64,000 bases of DNA from Macrostomum lignano. Lineage: Eukaryota. Below are positions 62,745 to 64,000 of this stretch, piece by piece. Numbering within the stretch: the stretch's first letter is position 1; the number at the start of each line of letters is the position of its first letter. Position numbers and translations under genes: made by a program. Where the stretch lies: contig NIVC01002529.1 in assembly GCA_002269645.1 (NCBI GenBank), positions 99,798 to 163,797 on the forward strand. Direction: 5' to 3'. A model generated the notes under the pieces. The model was not told where the DNA came from and searched no databases. It saw only the letters and a program-made list of their open reading frames with translations.

Positions 62745-64000
62745 CAAACATAAAAGAGGCACCATGTCAAACATTACATGGGCACCATGTAAAACATATA
62801 TGTGACTCTTTGTCAAACATTAAAGAGCCACCACGTCGAACATTAAAGAGCCACCATGTCGAAGATTAAAGAGCCACCATTTCGAACATAAAAGAGCCAC
62901 CATTTCGAATATTAAAGAGCCACCATTTCGAACATTAAAGAGCTACCATTTTGAACATTAAAGAGCCACCATTTTAAACATTAAAGAGCCACCATGTCAA
63001 ACATTTAGGAGCCACAATGTCAAACATTTAAGAGCCACCATGTCGAAAATAAAGAGCCACCATTTCGAACATTAAAGAGCCACCATGTCAAACATTTAGG
63101 AGCCACCATGTCAAACATTAAAGAGCCACCATGTCAAACATTAAAGAGCCACTTTGTCGAACATTAAAGAGCCACCATTTCGAACATTAAAGAGCCACCA
63201 TTTCGAACATTAAAGAGCTACCATTTTGAACATTAAAGAGCCACCATGTCAAACATTTAGGAGCAACCATGTCAAACATTTAGGAGCCACCATGTCAAAC
63301 ATATATGTGACTTTATGTCAAAAATTAAAGAGCCACCATGTCTAACATAAAAGAGCCACCATGTCGAACATTAAAGAGCCACCATTTCGAACATTAAAGA
63401 GCCACCGTGTCAAAAAATTAAGAGCCACCATGTCAAACATTAAAGAGCCACTTTGTCGAACATTAAAGAGCGCCATGTCAAACTTAAAAGAGCCAACATG
63501 TCAGACATTAAAAAGCCACCGTATCAAACATAAAGAGTTACCGTGTAGAACAAAAAAAGCCACCATATCGAACAAAAAAGACCACCATGCCAAACATTTA
63601 GAAGCCACCATGTCAAAGATTAAAAGCCACCATGTCAAACATTTAAGAGCCACCATGCAACCATTTAAGAGCCACCATGTCAAACATAGAAGAGCCACCA
63701 TGTCAAACTAAAAGAGCCACCATGTCTAACATAAAAAAGCCACCATATCGAACATTAAAGAGCCACCATGTCAAAAATTAAAGAGCATTATGTCAAACTA
63801 AAAGAGCCACCATGTCAAACATTAAAGGCCACCATGTAAACATTAAAGAGCCACCATGTCAAACATTAAAGAACCACCATGTCAAACATTAAAGAAGCCA
63901 CCATGTTAAACATTAAAGACCCCATGTCAAACATTAAAGAGCCACCATGTCAAACATAAAAGAGCCACCATGTCTAACATTAAAGAGCACCATGTCAAAC
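62745..64000. repeat. 23-bp satellite (ACCATGTCAAACATTAAAGAGCC), runs off the window end
   Basis: 23-bp period, moderately diverged. Confidence 0.95.

Overview
Eukaryotic genomic DNA from a very repeat-rich invertebrate animal. The abundant minisatellites, GC-rich exons and RTE/BEL retroelements suggest a lophotrochozoan such as a macrostomid flatworm, but this is inference only. Spliced by hand, the window holds five genes. (1) A small single-pass membrane protein with PPxY motifs (+, last two exons 5302-6115). (2) A complete six-exon Lhx1/5 (Lim1) LIM-homeobox gene (-, 30584-18345, 600 aa) within about 25 kb of GC-rich non-coding DNA. (3) A secreted amidase-signature enzyme (+, 36500-39518) whose 3' exons I cannot find. 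(4) A two-exon heparan-sulfate 6-O-sulfotransferase (-, 44418-42754, 400 aa). (5) A four-exon divergent R-Ras/TC21-like GTPase (+, 48259-57483, 197 aa). Mobile DNA comprises a decayed RTE-like LINE with a nested 140-bp retro-insertion, a BEL/Pao LTR-retrotransposon fragment in Ras intron 1, a hAT MITE with a perfect 8-bp TSD, a fold-back pair of telomere-like arrays and tRNA-derived SINE remnants. More than 25 different micro- and minisatellites explain most long ORFs in the supplied track. The most striking pattern is that many introns are a 70-90 nt core inflated by their own unrelated minisatellite, starting just behind the splice donor. An 11-copy array carrying homeodomain sites sits directly upstream of Lhx1/5. 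No prokaryotic features, rRNA, intact tRNA or CRISPR arrays were seen. Repeat boundaries are approximate (about +/-10 bp).
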